DNA of 64,000 bases from a virus (IMGVR_UViG_3300013936_000015:72533-136532); one strand, 5' to 3'. Positions 37,398 through 49,173 are shown, counted from the stretch's first letter. Notes: a model not told the origin generated them from the sequence alone. Made by a program: numbers and translations.

Positions 37398-39142
37398 CAG
37401 TATTCTATTTCTTTATATTTTTGTTCACTTCTCTCATGTAATAACTGCTTCTTGTAATAAGCCAGCATCCTAATAACCTCTTTCTTTAAATATTGTAATT
37501 TAAACTGAACATTCCCACCTTCATGAGGATACCAATTCAATATCAACTCCCCTATCTTAGCATTGGGATCTAATTGCTGAACCATCCAAGCATAAGTGGA
37601 TAATTGAAGTGTATAATGCCAGTAATTGCTATCTTGAATATTATTAAGAGGATATTTCATTGTAGAAAAAGAATTAGTATTACTGTCAAAGTAGCTCTTC
37701 TTTTCTATCTTAGAATTTGTATTATGAGTTACTAATAAAGAATATCCACATAAGTAAGTATTAGAAGGGCTGTCAACAGATATACATTGAGTAGGAACAA
37801 CATCCACCTCTTTTATATATTTAATAGTAGTATAATCGTCATTATTAAATACTTGATTATCCTCAGTCTTAAAAGGATTAAATTGATCTGTGGTAAATAT
37901 AATTGTACTATATTCGTGTCCCCCATTCTTTATTGTAGATTTACAACCAAGAGAAGCTAATAACTTCTCAATTTCATGGGCTAAATAAATATAGGTATTA
38001 ATTACATATCCTGAATAACCAATGTCTCCACAAGAATCCATAATACCTTTTAATAATTCAAGTCTGTCCTCATAAGAAGATAATATATAATCATCAGGAA
38101 TAAATTTAGTGTCAGTAATACCAAGAACTTTTAAATCAGAAGAAATATCTACTCCTTCTAAATTATCCATTAACCATTTACCAAATATATATGGTTCTAT
38201 AGGAAGGGTTTTCTTTTCGGTATTTAAAGGCTTAGCATTTAATATTCTAGGAATATTATATTTGTCCTTTATAGGTAAAGAAGATAAATACCTTTTTAAT
38301 TGAAGAGTAGTCATTACAGATTCTTTATAACTTCCATCCTCTTGTAAAAAAGATATTAACCACCGATGATCAATATCAGCAATAATATACTTTCCATTAT
38401 CAAACCGAATTTTATAACAAGGATTGTAATGAATATTCGATTTGACAGTAATAGTACAAAGATTACCATCCTTGTCAAATACTCTATCACCAATATTTAA
38501 TTTCTCCATAGTAGACCAACCCTTATTTGTAAGAATAGGAGTATCTAATGGAAGACCTTTGTGATCTATAATATGATAGGTTTCTCCCTGCTTCACAAGA
38601 ACATCTATCTGACCAGCAAGCCTTAATACACCATCCTTGCTTATTCTACTAATTAAATACTCAGGATAAATACCATTTTCCAAATTTAATTCAGTATTAC
38701 CTTCCTTACAGATAAATTTACCACCAATACCAAATTTATCTAGTTTACAATTATTTCCCTGCTTATAAAAAGAATGCTCTAATTCTGAATGAATTTTAGT
38801 ACCACGAGCACAAGACTCCTCATTAGCTTTCTGCCACTCGTCTAAAATGTCTTGCTGCTTGGCAATAATATCATCTTTAGTAAAATCATACTTATCATAG
38901 ATATTATCTGAAATCTTATGAGACTTCCTCAACTCATAAGATAAAGACTTCCAGTCCTCTTTTGGGACAAATTTCTCTAATGCCTTATATATAGACCAGA
39001 AATCTTTATCAAATGGTTGAGTAAATCTGTCAATGAGAGTTGTCACAGAAATAAATTTCGCATCAGGATTTGTTAAATCCCAATACTTGTGAATGTCCTC
39101 TCTAAAAACTACATTGCCATTTTTCTTATCATACATTTCCAT
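37397..39142 (-). CDS. PD-(D/E)XK (Cas4-like) nuclease containing an intein
   Basis: SVTT, RGTKIH, LAGQID...IIDHK|intein|TN, YTLQLSTYAW. Confidence 0.85.
   Translation of the reverse strand: MEMYDKKNGNVVFREDIHKYWDLTNPDAKFISVTTLIDRFTQPFDKDFWSIYKALEKFVPKEDWKSLSYELRKSHKISDNIYDKYDFTKDDIIAKQQDILDEWQKANEESCARGTKIHSELEHSFYKQGNNCKLDKFGIGGKFICKEGNTELNLENGIYPEYLISRISKDGVLRLAGQIDVLVKQGETYHIIDHKGLPLDTPILTNKGWSTMEKLNIGDRVFDKDGNLCTITVKSNIHYNPCYKIRFDNGKYIIADIDHRWLISFLQEDGSYKESVMTTLQLKRYLSSLPIKDKYNIPRILNAKPLNTEKKTLPIEPYIFGKWLMDNLEGVDISSDLKVLGITDTKFIPDDYILSSYEDRLELLKGIMDSCGDIGYSGYVINTYIYLAHEIEKLLASLGCKSTIKNGGHEYSTIIFTTDQFNPFKTEDNQVFNNDDYTTIKYIKEVDVVPTQCISVDSPSNTYLCGYSLLVTHNTNSKIEKKSYFDSNTNSFSTMKYPLNNIQDSNYWHYTLQLSTYAWMVQQLDPNAKIGELILNWYPHEGGNVQFKLQYLKKEVIRMLAYYKKQLLHERSEQKYKEIEY
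37721..38557 (-). mobile_element. Class 3 intein (279 aa) with degenerate LAGLIDADG-type domain
   Basis: Starts GLPLDTPILT (no Cys1/Ser1); block B DHRW; block F PTQCISVDS; ends VTHN before Thr+1 (WCT triad). Confidence 0.85.
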
Positions 39143-39154
39143 AAAACACTATTA

Positions 39155-39814
39155 TTAAAAATTCTTACTAACATCTAATATAGAGCTTAATCTCTATAAT
39201 GGAACAGAAATACCTTTCATATAATTTACATAATGTTTTTTATTGTAAGAATCATAAAAAACAATTACTAAACCTAAAGGTAGATATTCTCCCTACATAG
39301 GATAAATCCCCACCTGCTTAAATTTTATATACTAAAATATCTCTGTATACAATCTGGGAAAATCTAATTTAATCTGCTTTTTAGTTCCAATATATCCACC
39401 CTCTGATTGAATGGTCTTTAACTCATCAGCAAAGTACATATATTCCCGAGATTTAAATAAACCACTATAATTCTAAGCATTAATCTTACCAGAAGACTGA
39501 GTAGTATAATCAAAATAAATGTATTCTAAATCTTGTAAAGACTTCTGATTATTATGATACGTACATAATAATACTCTCGAAATACAAGTATCAGAATGCT
39601 CTATTAAGGTTAAACAGTCATTAATCTCGTTAGACTTCTCTATCGTATATAATTCCTTATTTAACTAACGCTATGTCTAAGTCTCATACCTGTATCTGTC
39701 ACAATAATATGCAACAACAGAAGGAACTAAAATCAAAATAATTAAAGTCTTAACACTAGATGGTAAAGAATTAATCTTAGAAAAAATGGAATATAAAAAT
39801 TTAAATTTTTCCAT
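39155..39814 (-). CDS. Single-TM membrane protein, candidate T4 T-like holin (219 aa, TAG=Gln)
   Basis: N-terminal hydrophobic helix LIILILVPSVVAYY followed by a soluble domain; missing from the track because of TAGs. Confidence 0.4.
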
Positions 39815-39874
39815 AAATTATATTAATAATTCAGTATAATATATTTATTTTTATTTTTGTATAATGAGAAAATT

Positions 39875-41140
39875 ATGGACGAAAATTTAATTAAAAAATT
39901 TGAAATTTTATTTGCAAAAAACGGAATCAAAATTAAAGATAGTACAAAAGGAACTTTTACAAAATATTGTAAAGGTAAAGTAACACAAGATTGTATAGAT
40001 AAAGCAAAAAGAAGTGGAAATAAAAAGCTAATAAAGAAAGCTGTATTTGCAGAAAACGCTAGAAAATGGAAACACCAAAATGGGGGAATTTTAGATCAAG
40101 CATCATATCTAATTCCAATATATGGAACTTATAGAGCTGTGAAAGATGCTATTAAAGATCCTTCACTTTATAATATAGGTATGGCAGCTTTGTCAGCAGC
40201 AGGAGATATTCCAGTCATTGGCCTCGGATTCAAAGCTGCATCCGTTGGTGCTAAAGCCGCAAAGGCTGCAAAGATAGCTAAATCTTTCGCTAAAGCTAAT
40301 ATTGTAAATGCTAATGTAAAAAGAGCATAGGCCGCAAGTAAAGCAGAAGCAGCTGCACGTACCTATAACAGAGCTAAAAAGATGGCAGTTCCCGTAAAAA
40401 TGATTCCTTAGAATGAGGTATATCTAAGAGCATTAGGGCAACGAGTAGGAGCTGCTGACAAATCTGCAAAGGCTGCTACAAATTATGCACGTCAGCTGAT
40501 GAGACAACAATCATTATCTCCAGTAAAAGAAAGTATGAAAGCAATAAAATCTCTTAACTTTTCTCCCTTAATGATTAATGCTTTAGAGCCTGCCGCTATT
40601 AGTGTCAATGGATTACTCAAACACCAAAATGGGGGAAGATTAATGTAGATGTACACAGCTTTATTAAAAAGAAATATAGACCCACAACTTGCTTTTGAAA
40701 CGGCAAGATTAGCTAAAATAGAAGATGGTAGACCGGGACATTATTATGTGTTTGGAAAAAGATCAGATAATGTAGAAAAATGGGCAGATCAAGCTGTAGA
40801 TAGTTTGACTACTGGAAGATATACCAATTTAAGGAATATTAAAACTCATGAACAATTTAAATAGGGATTGAAAAATAAGAAATATAATCCATTCCCCATT
40901 TTCTATAAAAAGATGGATGTAGGCAGAGAAAGAGATAAGCGGATAGTAAATCAATATAATAAACAACATAATATTAAATTAATAACCATGGCAGATAATA
41001 TAGACAATCATTATATGAATAATATGTATATACCTGAAAAGAATACGGTTGTCCCTACTATAGAAGTGCCTGCAGAAAATAAACATTTTACTATCCCAGT
41101 TAATTATGCAAAAGAAGGTTAGAAACTTAAAAAGAAATAA
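39875..41140 (+). CDS. Cargo/internal virion protein with KHQNGG repeats (421 aa, TAG=Gln)
   Basis: Joins 39857.., 40649.. and 40868..; KGTFTKYC...KKAVFAENARKWKH motif plus Ala/Gly-rich hydrophobic segment. Confidence 0.65.
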
Positions 41141-41142
41141 TA

Positions 41143-41763
41143 ATGAATTTTGATACATTTATAGAAAATGCAGAACCATATGCGGCAGGTGCTGCATTAA
41201 TCGGGACACCTCTAATGTTTTTAGGACCTATTGGAGGAGCAGTAGGGAAAACATTACAATTCCCATCAATTCTAATAGATGCATATCAAGCAACTAGAGA
41301 TGCATACAGAGCATATAAAAGCTCTAAAGAAAAAGATAAAAGACGATATACTATGTCCGCTCTTGGAAATGGAGTAGAATTAGCTATGGGACTCGGTGGA
41401 ACAAAAATAGCTAAATTTGGATTACAAAAAGCCGCTTTTAAAAAACCATAGAATTTTTTAAAAAAGCCAAAACCATCATTAATAACAAGATCGAATGGAC
41501 GTAATTATCAAAATAAAAAACAGGCTTATGATAAATTCTGGAGAGATACACGTGATATGGCAGAACAACAATTAAAAGATTCTGGATATCCAAGAATTAC
41601 ACCTCCTGTATTACAAACCAGAGCTAATACAATAGCACATCGAAGAATGAATGACTTATATGCGGATGCTACAAATAAAAGTATTCTTTTCGCTAAAAAA
41701 GCAGCTCCATATGTAGAGAACACTGTATTCCAAATTCCTAATATTAAAGATATACTTAAATGA
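41143..41763 (+). CDS. Cargo-like protein with hydrophobic Gly/Ala segments (206 aa, one TAG)
   Basis: 41143..41451 and 41557..41763 are in frame. Confidence 0.6.
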
Positions 41764-43700
41764 AAAACCTTATTCCAAAACAACAACATGGTAATAAGAT
41801 ATGGTTCGATACATCTGTCCGATATAAAAATAAACAAAATGGTAAAGGAGTATGGAAAAGAGGAAACCATATAATTCCTCTCGGTAATAAAATAAAAAAT
41901 AAAGATGGTTCATACTGGCAATTAAATAGTGATGGTACACATACTGTATTATATACAAAAAGAGGATATGTAAATAGAAAACTCGTTAATGATGCAACAT
42001 AGAAAGCAATGAAAGAAGGAAGTGTATATGATAGTACCACTAAAAGGGGAACTAAAATAGGATGGAGAGCTGATAATAGCTTGTTATCAGACCATGATAG
42101 AAAAATGATAAGACAACAAGCACAAGCGTCTAATGTTGCAAATAATACTCCTAGTAATGTATATAATACACCAACTAGTAATTGGGATCCCGGAAAAACC
42201 CCTATTAAAAATAAAAGGGATTATTAGAAATGGTGGATAGCTGTTAACCCTGATTCTGGAGATAGATATGATTCTTGGCAAGATATGCAGACTGCTTATG
42301 ATGCATATTAGCAAAAATTAAATGGAAAGCCAGTAAATATTACTTACATTCCTACATATTTTTATGATCCTGCAAAAATAAAAGAGTAGAATCAATATGC
42401 TTATTAGTTATCACAATATGGTACTCTACATGATATCATCTATAAAAAAGGAGGACCAATGAGATTGTTGAAAGAACTAACAGCTAAAACAGAAAAAGCA
42501 ACAAAAAACATATCTAAAATTACAGAAAAACCCTCTCAAAAACTATTACAACAAAAACCAAAAACTCCACAAAATAAAAAACTAACTAAACACGTATAGG
42601 GAGAAGAAGCAGTTAGAATGTTTAAAGAGTATGGAGGTATACCAATTCCAAAAAAAAGTGTTAATGGAAAACAATTAAGAATGTATGTAAATGAAGCTAG
42701 AGAAAAATATGGATTAGTGGGTAATAAAAATATTACTGATACAGAAATAGCTCAGGCTTTATATAAACACGTAAAAGAATTGGGTAAAGGAAGTGCTGCT
42801 AAAAATTCATAGGGAGAACCATAGCTGCTATTTAGAGGGGATACTAAATCATATACTCAGCTAAAAGATAGAGAACTAGATACTGATTATATAGTTATGG
42901 ATAACGGCTTGGGAACACTGTTTACTGGAGAATTTCCGGGGTATCGAGCGGATTACCCACTCAGAGTTGGATCATCTAGATATTTAGATGGATGGTATCT
43001 AAACCCAGAAACTGGAAAATGGACATATAGAAATGGAGGTACAGGAACTAATAATAATACACAAAAAGGATACCAGATGTTCTATAGACCCTTTCCAAAT
43101 AAACACGGTGAATTACACCCAGCAGGATTTATAAAAGCAGCTTCTACTCCAGAACACCCTAATGACTTAAATGCATTTGTAGTAAGAACACCAGCAGTAA
43201 GAAATTCAGATAGAGAAATTAGCGTTCTTAATGATGATTTATTATTAAGATTACCAACACTTAAAACACAACGCTATAAATATAATAAGGATGAAAAAAG
43301 AATCGTAGATACAGAAATGACACCAGAAAGATAGGCATCTAAAGAAATGATGGACAGGATTCTGGGAATATCACCAGAAAAACGATAGAAAATGACAGAT
43401 AAAAGCGCATTGTATGAACATTATTTTAATGTACTACAAGACGCAGAAAGAAAACAACAAGGACTTTTAAAATCATCTAGAATCGGTGAAAATGGAGTGA
43501 CTAGCAAAAATAGTTTAAGAGAAGAACATCCTTATTATTCATACTTTGTGGTACCTAATTTTAATAAATAGAATGTAAAACATATATTACCCTATGATTT
43601 ACGTATTCCCCGAAATTGGAATGATCCAAATATCTTTAGAATAATCGTACCAACTATAGGAATTACAGGAGTAGTAAACTCTAATAACCAATCTTCTTGA
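41760..43700 (+). CDS. Cargo protein with divergent ART-PolyVal-like (ADP-ribosyltransferase fold) domain (646 aa, TAG=Gln)
   Basis: Four track ORFs in one frame; NSQGEPQLLFRGDT...GTLFTG...YFVVPNFNKQNVK...NDPNIF. Confidence 0.55.
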
Positions 43701-43731
43701 TATATAATTGTTCCATAGTAAAACTACATTA

Positions 43732-44022
43732 ATGGATAAATCATTTAATTCATTTTTAAAAAAATATAAACATACTCATAAATGTATATTATGTGGTGAA
43801 AATGCGGATTGCTGTCTGGAATTTCACCACATAATACCAAAAGAAAAATCTTTCTCACTTAGAAGTATAAATGAAAGCAAGTATAGTAAGGAAGAACTAA
43901 TTAAAGAGGTAAATAAAACTTGCCTACTTTGTAGTAATTGTCATAGAAAACTACATAATAAGATATTATAGGTATCAAATGAAGAACTATTAGAGAAGAA
44001 AGTAAATGTAAAAGATTATTGA
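43732..44022 (+). CDS. HNH endonuclease (96 aa with TAG read-through)
   Basis: CxxC...LEFHH...LCSNCHRKLH. Confidence 0.8.
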
Positions 44023-44023
44023 T

Positions 44024-44257
44024 ATGAAAAATGTAATACAATGTGTTAGAAGTATATTCTCCGCAGATTCTGATTCTATATCCTCTAAAAGAATATGTGG
44101 ATTCATCGGATGGATAGTATGCTTAATAATAACACTATATTGTTCATATACTAATAAACAAGCACCAGAAATTACTGACACAGTAGTAATAACTAGCGCA
44201 GCATTGTTAGGAGTGGATAGTATAACAGGAATATGGAAACGAAATGATAGACTTTAA
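44024..44257 (+). CDS. Holin-like two-TM protein
   Basis: SSKRICGFIGWIVCLII and a second hydrophobic helix; charged C-terminus; overlaps the downstream peptidoglycan hydrolase gene. Confidence 0.6.
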   Translation: MKNVIQCVRSIFSADSDSISSKRICGFIGWIVCLIITLYCSYTNKQAPEITDTVVITSAALLGVDSITGIWKRNDRL

Positions 44258-45425
44258 AAACCACCTAGCTGAATATGTGGATATGGGATTTGAACCAGTA
44301 ATGGATAAAGCATATCTAAATATACAAAACCTACAAAATAATTTAGATGATATTCAAAAACAAACTAAAAAATTATCCACATTTGAATAGTTTCAAAAAA
44401 ATAGCCAAGATATTAAAAGCAACTTTCCAAAAATATCTGTAAATACAGATATGACACTGCCAGAACTATTAGACCAAGAAGGAGTACACTATAAAATAAC
44501 AAGCGCATATAGACCTAATAGTAAAACAAAATAGGGAAGAAAAAGTAACCATAGTGTAAAAAATGGAGCATATGATATAAAACCCGCTGATGGATACTCA
44601 TGGGATGATTTGAAAAGAGAAATATATTCTAATAAGAATATAAGAATGTGGATGGAAAAAAAAGGATGGGGAATAATAGATGAAACAAACCCATCCACAA
44701 TGAAACAAACAGGAGCAACAGGACCACATTGGCATTTCGGACCAGATACACTGGCAGTAAAACAATGGAATGATAATGTCATAAGATATGGACAAAATGG
44801 ATTTAAATTTGAAGATAACCTCTCTCAAACAATACCTACAAACGTAAATAATAAAACATCTATATTACAATATATTGATGATATCGAATCACAACTAGAT
44901 GATGATGACGATGATGATGAAAACCCATTCACAAAGAAAATAGAAACACCAGATGATGCACTGTTCCCTATAATAAAACCAAAAATACCTAAAATGAAAG
45001 AAGATAAAAAAGAAACTAAATACACAGGAAATATTCCAAATCTTATACACGAAATGATTCCAGATCAACAAAAAGCAGATATACTTACTAGTATCGCTTA
45101 CTAGGAATCAAGATTTAATCCAAACGCCAAAAACCCAACTTCTAGTGCCAGCGGATTGTTCCAATAGACAAATGCTAATAAACAAAAATATGGATATGGA
45201 GATGTAAGAACATAGATTAATGCTGCTAGTAAAATGTATGATGATGGATTAAAAGAAATTAATAAACTAACTAGTAAATATGGTAATAGAGGTAAAACCC
45301 TTAAACAACTAATGTACGCCTACTGGTTTAGACCAGCAAGCCTTAGAAATTTCCTTATAAATGGAAATGATTCATATAGTGATGCACAAGGAACAAATAT
45401 TAATAAAATAATGAGTAAAGTCTAA
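44244..45425 (+). CDS. Two-domain peptidoglycan hydrolase: M15 zinc peptidase plus SLT lytic transglycosylase (393 aa, TAG=Gln)
   Basis: ITSAYRP...SNHSVKNGAYDI...GPHWHF, then AY(Q)ESRFNPNA...ASGLFQ. Confidence 0.8.
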
Positions 45426-45426
45426 T

Positions 45427-47871
45427 ATGGCAGAATTATAGGAAGTAACAGTTACCGCAGCTCGACCAAAATATAGTAAGAGATTCGGAAACTTTTATTA
45501 TAGCCCAAGTAAAAAAAGATGGTTTAATAAAAACCAATCGGGATTCATACCTAAAGGTAATAGAATATTCTTTAATAATAAAATCCTACAACTAAATTCT
45601 GATGGATCCATAACAACACTAAAAGATGATAAAATAGATAGAAGAAGTACATGGGAAAAAACATATGCTAAAAAATGGGGAAACCAACCATACACTTTAA
45701 AAAATCTAAAAACAGAAGCATAGCTGGATTATTATAATAAAACACTCCCTAAAGAAAAACCTGATTGGCTGACATAGGCAAGAATAAATACTTCAGAAAA
45801 TAAAAGTAGATATCTAGAAGGAAAGAAAAAACTAAAACAAGGAATCAAAGATAAAGATACTAAATACGCAATATCTAGAGACAAAAGAACCAAATTAGGA
45901 TATGAAACTGCTGATGCTATAAAAGATACATTCGCAGGAATGATAGGTGCTACAGCAGCCGTAGCTGCAGCCCCTACTGCCGCTCTATATCCTATTATAC
46001 ACCCGGGAAGATTTATAGCTTCAGTAGCAAGCTCAAGTGCTGCAGACGCTGCTTTACAAAAAGCAGGATTAGATGATAAATCTTTAAAAGGATTCGGAAA
46101 ACCTGTAAGAACCCTTTTATCTATGTTTGCAGGAGGAATGGGAGATGTTGCAGCTAATACTATAAAACAAGGATTAGTAGCACTAGAAACTAAAGCCGCA
46201 AATCAAGGAACTAAAACACTACTCGGAAGTTTTGCAAATAAAGCTAAAGATAGTGCTATATTCGGAGAAAGAGGACTCTTAAACCCAACTATCAGAGGAA
46301 CTGAAGGACAAACACCATTCTTCGTAACACCAGAAAATAGTATTAAATTCAATGCTAAAAATATAGTACCAAATGTTTTATTACAAGCACCTAATGCCGC
46401 TGTGGGAACTGCTGTAAGCCTTGGAGCACAAACAGTAGAACCAGATTTTGTAAAACAATCAACAATAGGAAATGCAATTTGGAATTATACAGTTCCATTA
46501 TTATTGGGAAAAGGAGCTGTCAGAAAAGCTGCATATAGTGCTGAAAGAGGTTCTCATGGATAGGATAATCCTATCAATGGAGCATAGGATTTTGTAAACT
46601 ATATGAAAGCTAGATTCTCCCTCCTCCCTATAAAAAGTGGTGAAAAACAATTGATGCCGTGGAATCCAAGATATAGAGAAGCTATTAGACAAATGGATAA
46701 TTATAATAATAGCTTAAAAAGAAATAAATCTGGAGAAACAAAAGAAGCACTTGAATGGAAATAGTATCTTAAAGATAACCCAGATATGAGAGAGTCTTTA
46801 TAGCAGGTTGTTCAAATTAGAAAATTTGCCGCCCCATATACCGGAACATATGCTACTAATAATCCAGAAGGAAACGCAAATGCATTCGGAGCAAATAATC
46901 TTGGAGTATCCGCAAGAGGATCAGTTAATGGTAAAAAATTGTCAGATATAGAAGGATTTACAGATCAACAATTTAAAACACCTACATATAATGAATTTAC
47001 ATCACCTCTGGGAAGCGTATACCAAGGAAGAAACTATGGAGTAAAATCTGTAGATGATATGCTGAGAACTCTATCACTGGCTAATGGAACAAAAAATGAA
47101 TCTAATATGTTCGCAATAACTACTAATGCTGGATAGGAAAATGCTAAAAATATGTTTAAAGAATTAAACTCCCTATATGTATATGTAAATGGAAAACTTA
47201 CACCATTAGTAAATAATGGACAAATAGATATGAATGCTCTACAAAACTCTGGAATTAGTATGAGAAGTAGAGATTTCCAACTAGGAACTGATGCAACTAC
47301 AGGAAAAAGAATAGTCAGTAATGTGGACGGACATAGAGCATACCCAACATTTAGAATCGGAAAAGATGGAACTCCACAAAAAGCATATACTATACAAGTG
47401 GATGTGGCAGGAGGGGCTACTATGGGATCTCATGGAAATACAGGACTTCTGGCACCTATGATTGATGCTACACATAAAAATACAATAGCAACAGTAAATA
47501 TCCTAAAAGGCGTACCAGATGATTTACTAAAAAATAGATTCTCTAACGTAAGTAATGCAGTCCACCTATATAACCCAGATAAATTTACAGGATTAATAAA
47601 AAAATGGGCTAATTGGAAAAATAAAAAACATATTGAAAATGCTAGATCCATTCTGCTAAATGCATATAATTAGGAAATGAATGATATACAAACTAGATTA
47701 CAATATCATCAAAACCTTTCCTATATAGACCCAATTACTAAAAATAGAGTGTTCCTGTTAAAATAGCCAACAATACCAAAGAAACTGGGAAAGAAATCAA
47801 AAGGAGAAATATTGTGGACTCCATTTGAAACTTACTATAATACAATAATGCAAAATTTAATGAAACCATGA
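45427..47871 (+). CDS. Large cargo/ejection-like protein with hydrophobic segments (814 aa, TAG=Gln)
   Basis: Joins 45940.., 46939.. and 47152..; starts MAEL(Q)EVTVTA. Confidence 0.65.
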
Positions 47872-48032
47872 TTATAATACCAATCTTACATAAGAAAAAT
47901 AAATTCTCAACTATTAAACTAAAATCAATAGATAAAGATCAAAAAATGGGAAGAAAACCAGTAACATATGTTGATGGAAAACCATGCTACCTAGATGGAA
48001 TGGGAATAGCACACCCAAAAAAGAAATAAAAT

Positions 48033-48073
48033 AAAAAGCCCGACACATATAAAATATATGCCGGGCTTTTTTT
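48033..48073. terminator. Bidirectional terminator between convergent units
   Basis: AAAAAAGCCCG...CGGGCTTTTTTT. Confidence 0.7.
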
Positions 48074-48242
48074 ATAAATGAAAAAGTGAAATCATCTGTC
48101 TTGATCAATACTTAACTTGTTTAACTCGTCTAAATAATCTAAATAAAATTGCTCATCCAATAACTCGTATCGATTGGCAATATCACGTATAAACTCAATG
48201 TCATTTAAAGACTTCTTACATAATGATTTTATATATCGTGTG

Positions 48243-48485
48243 TTATCCATTATCCCTACTCTTTACTACCTCACTAAATTCATCCTTATCTAAATACCAA
48301 AAAGGCTTGCTGCCATCCTTGTAATACATATTAATAAAATCTTTGGGATGTAAAGCTAAATGACATAACACCCTAAATACATTGAAAATGTTACTGTCAT
48401 CCCAACCAGAATGACTGCCACGAAAATAAATAATTATAGGTAATAAGAAAAAACCTACAATAACACCTAATAAAAACGCAAACAT
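48243..48485 (-). CDS. Small membrane protein
   Basis: N-terminal TM helix; intact ORF. Confidence 0.55.
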   Translation of the reverse strand: MFAFLLGVIVGFFLLPIIIYFRGSHSGWDDSNIFNVFRVLCHLALHPKDFINMYYKDGSKPFWYLDKDEFSEVVKSRDNG

Positions 48486-48677
48486 TAATCTAATTTCTCG
48501 TAAATATTCATTATAGTACTACCATTAGGTAATCTAAAATGATGCATGATAATAGAATCGCCAGATCCTATTTCTTAGATTTAGAAATATCTAAAATCTG
48601 TATATCATCTATAGATAGGCTCATCATACATAACCCATCTAAATAGATACCTCATAAACCTTATCTTTAAATCATAG

Positions 48678-48749
48678 TTAGGGCACCAGGATTTGAACCC
48701 AGACTAAGTGGGTTAGAGCCACCTGTGCTGACCATTACACCATACCCCA
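48678..48749 (-). tRNA. Amber suppressor tRNA (anticodon CTA), Gln-type body
   Basis: TGGGGTA acceptor with U1-A72, anticodon arm GGTGG-CTCTAAC-CCACT, T loop TTCAAAT. Confidence 0.92.
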
Positions 48750-48810
48750 ATAAAAAACCTTAAAAGTAGGCCATCACCCCTACCTTTAAGGCGTTTGCCA
48801 ATAAGCAAAC

Positions 48811-49173
48811 TTATTTAACCAGCTGATTAAGTTTGTCTATGTAAACCTTTAATACTAACTTAATTAACTCCTTGATCTTATCGTAATCACCATTATCATA
48901 TAACTTATTAACAATAACAAGAGGCTTACCAGTAACCTCCTCAAACATATCCATTAAGATAGACCAAGTATCTTCATCTATTTCAGAAATAAACTCATCT
49001 AAATCCTTAGAAGGAGATTCCTTGCGAGTAAGAGTGATAATAACACTATCATCATCAACATTCACTAAACCCCTGTAAGAATAATCACCGTCCGTGAAAT
49101 CTAATTCCTCCGGCTAAATATTATCAAAATCCTTGATAATATCACTAAATAAATCTTCATTAAATATTTTCAT
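48811..49173 (-). CDS. Acidic hypothetical protein (120 aa, one TAG)
   Basis: Track ORF extends to ATG 49173 through one TAG. Confidence 0.55.

Noticed and set aside
37397-39142. cas4 as part of a phage CRISPR-Cas locus with the mini-array
   Set aside because: It is 15 kb away in the conserved structural arm, lacks the Cas4 Fe-S cysteine cluster, and no other cas genes are visible.
1-47871. Mass pseudogenisation or sequencing errors explaining the fragmented ORFs
   Set aside because: Breaks are TAG only, frames are preserved, essential genes are affected, and a CTA tRNA is present.
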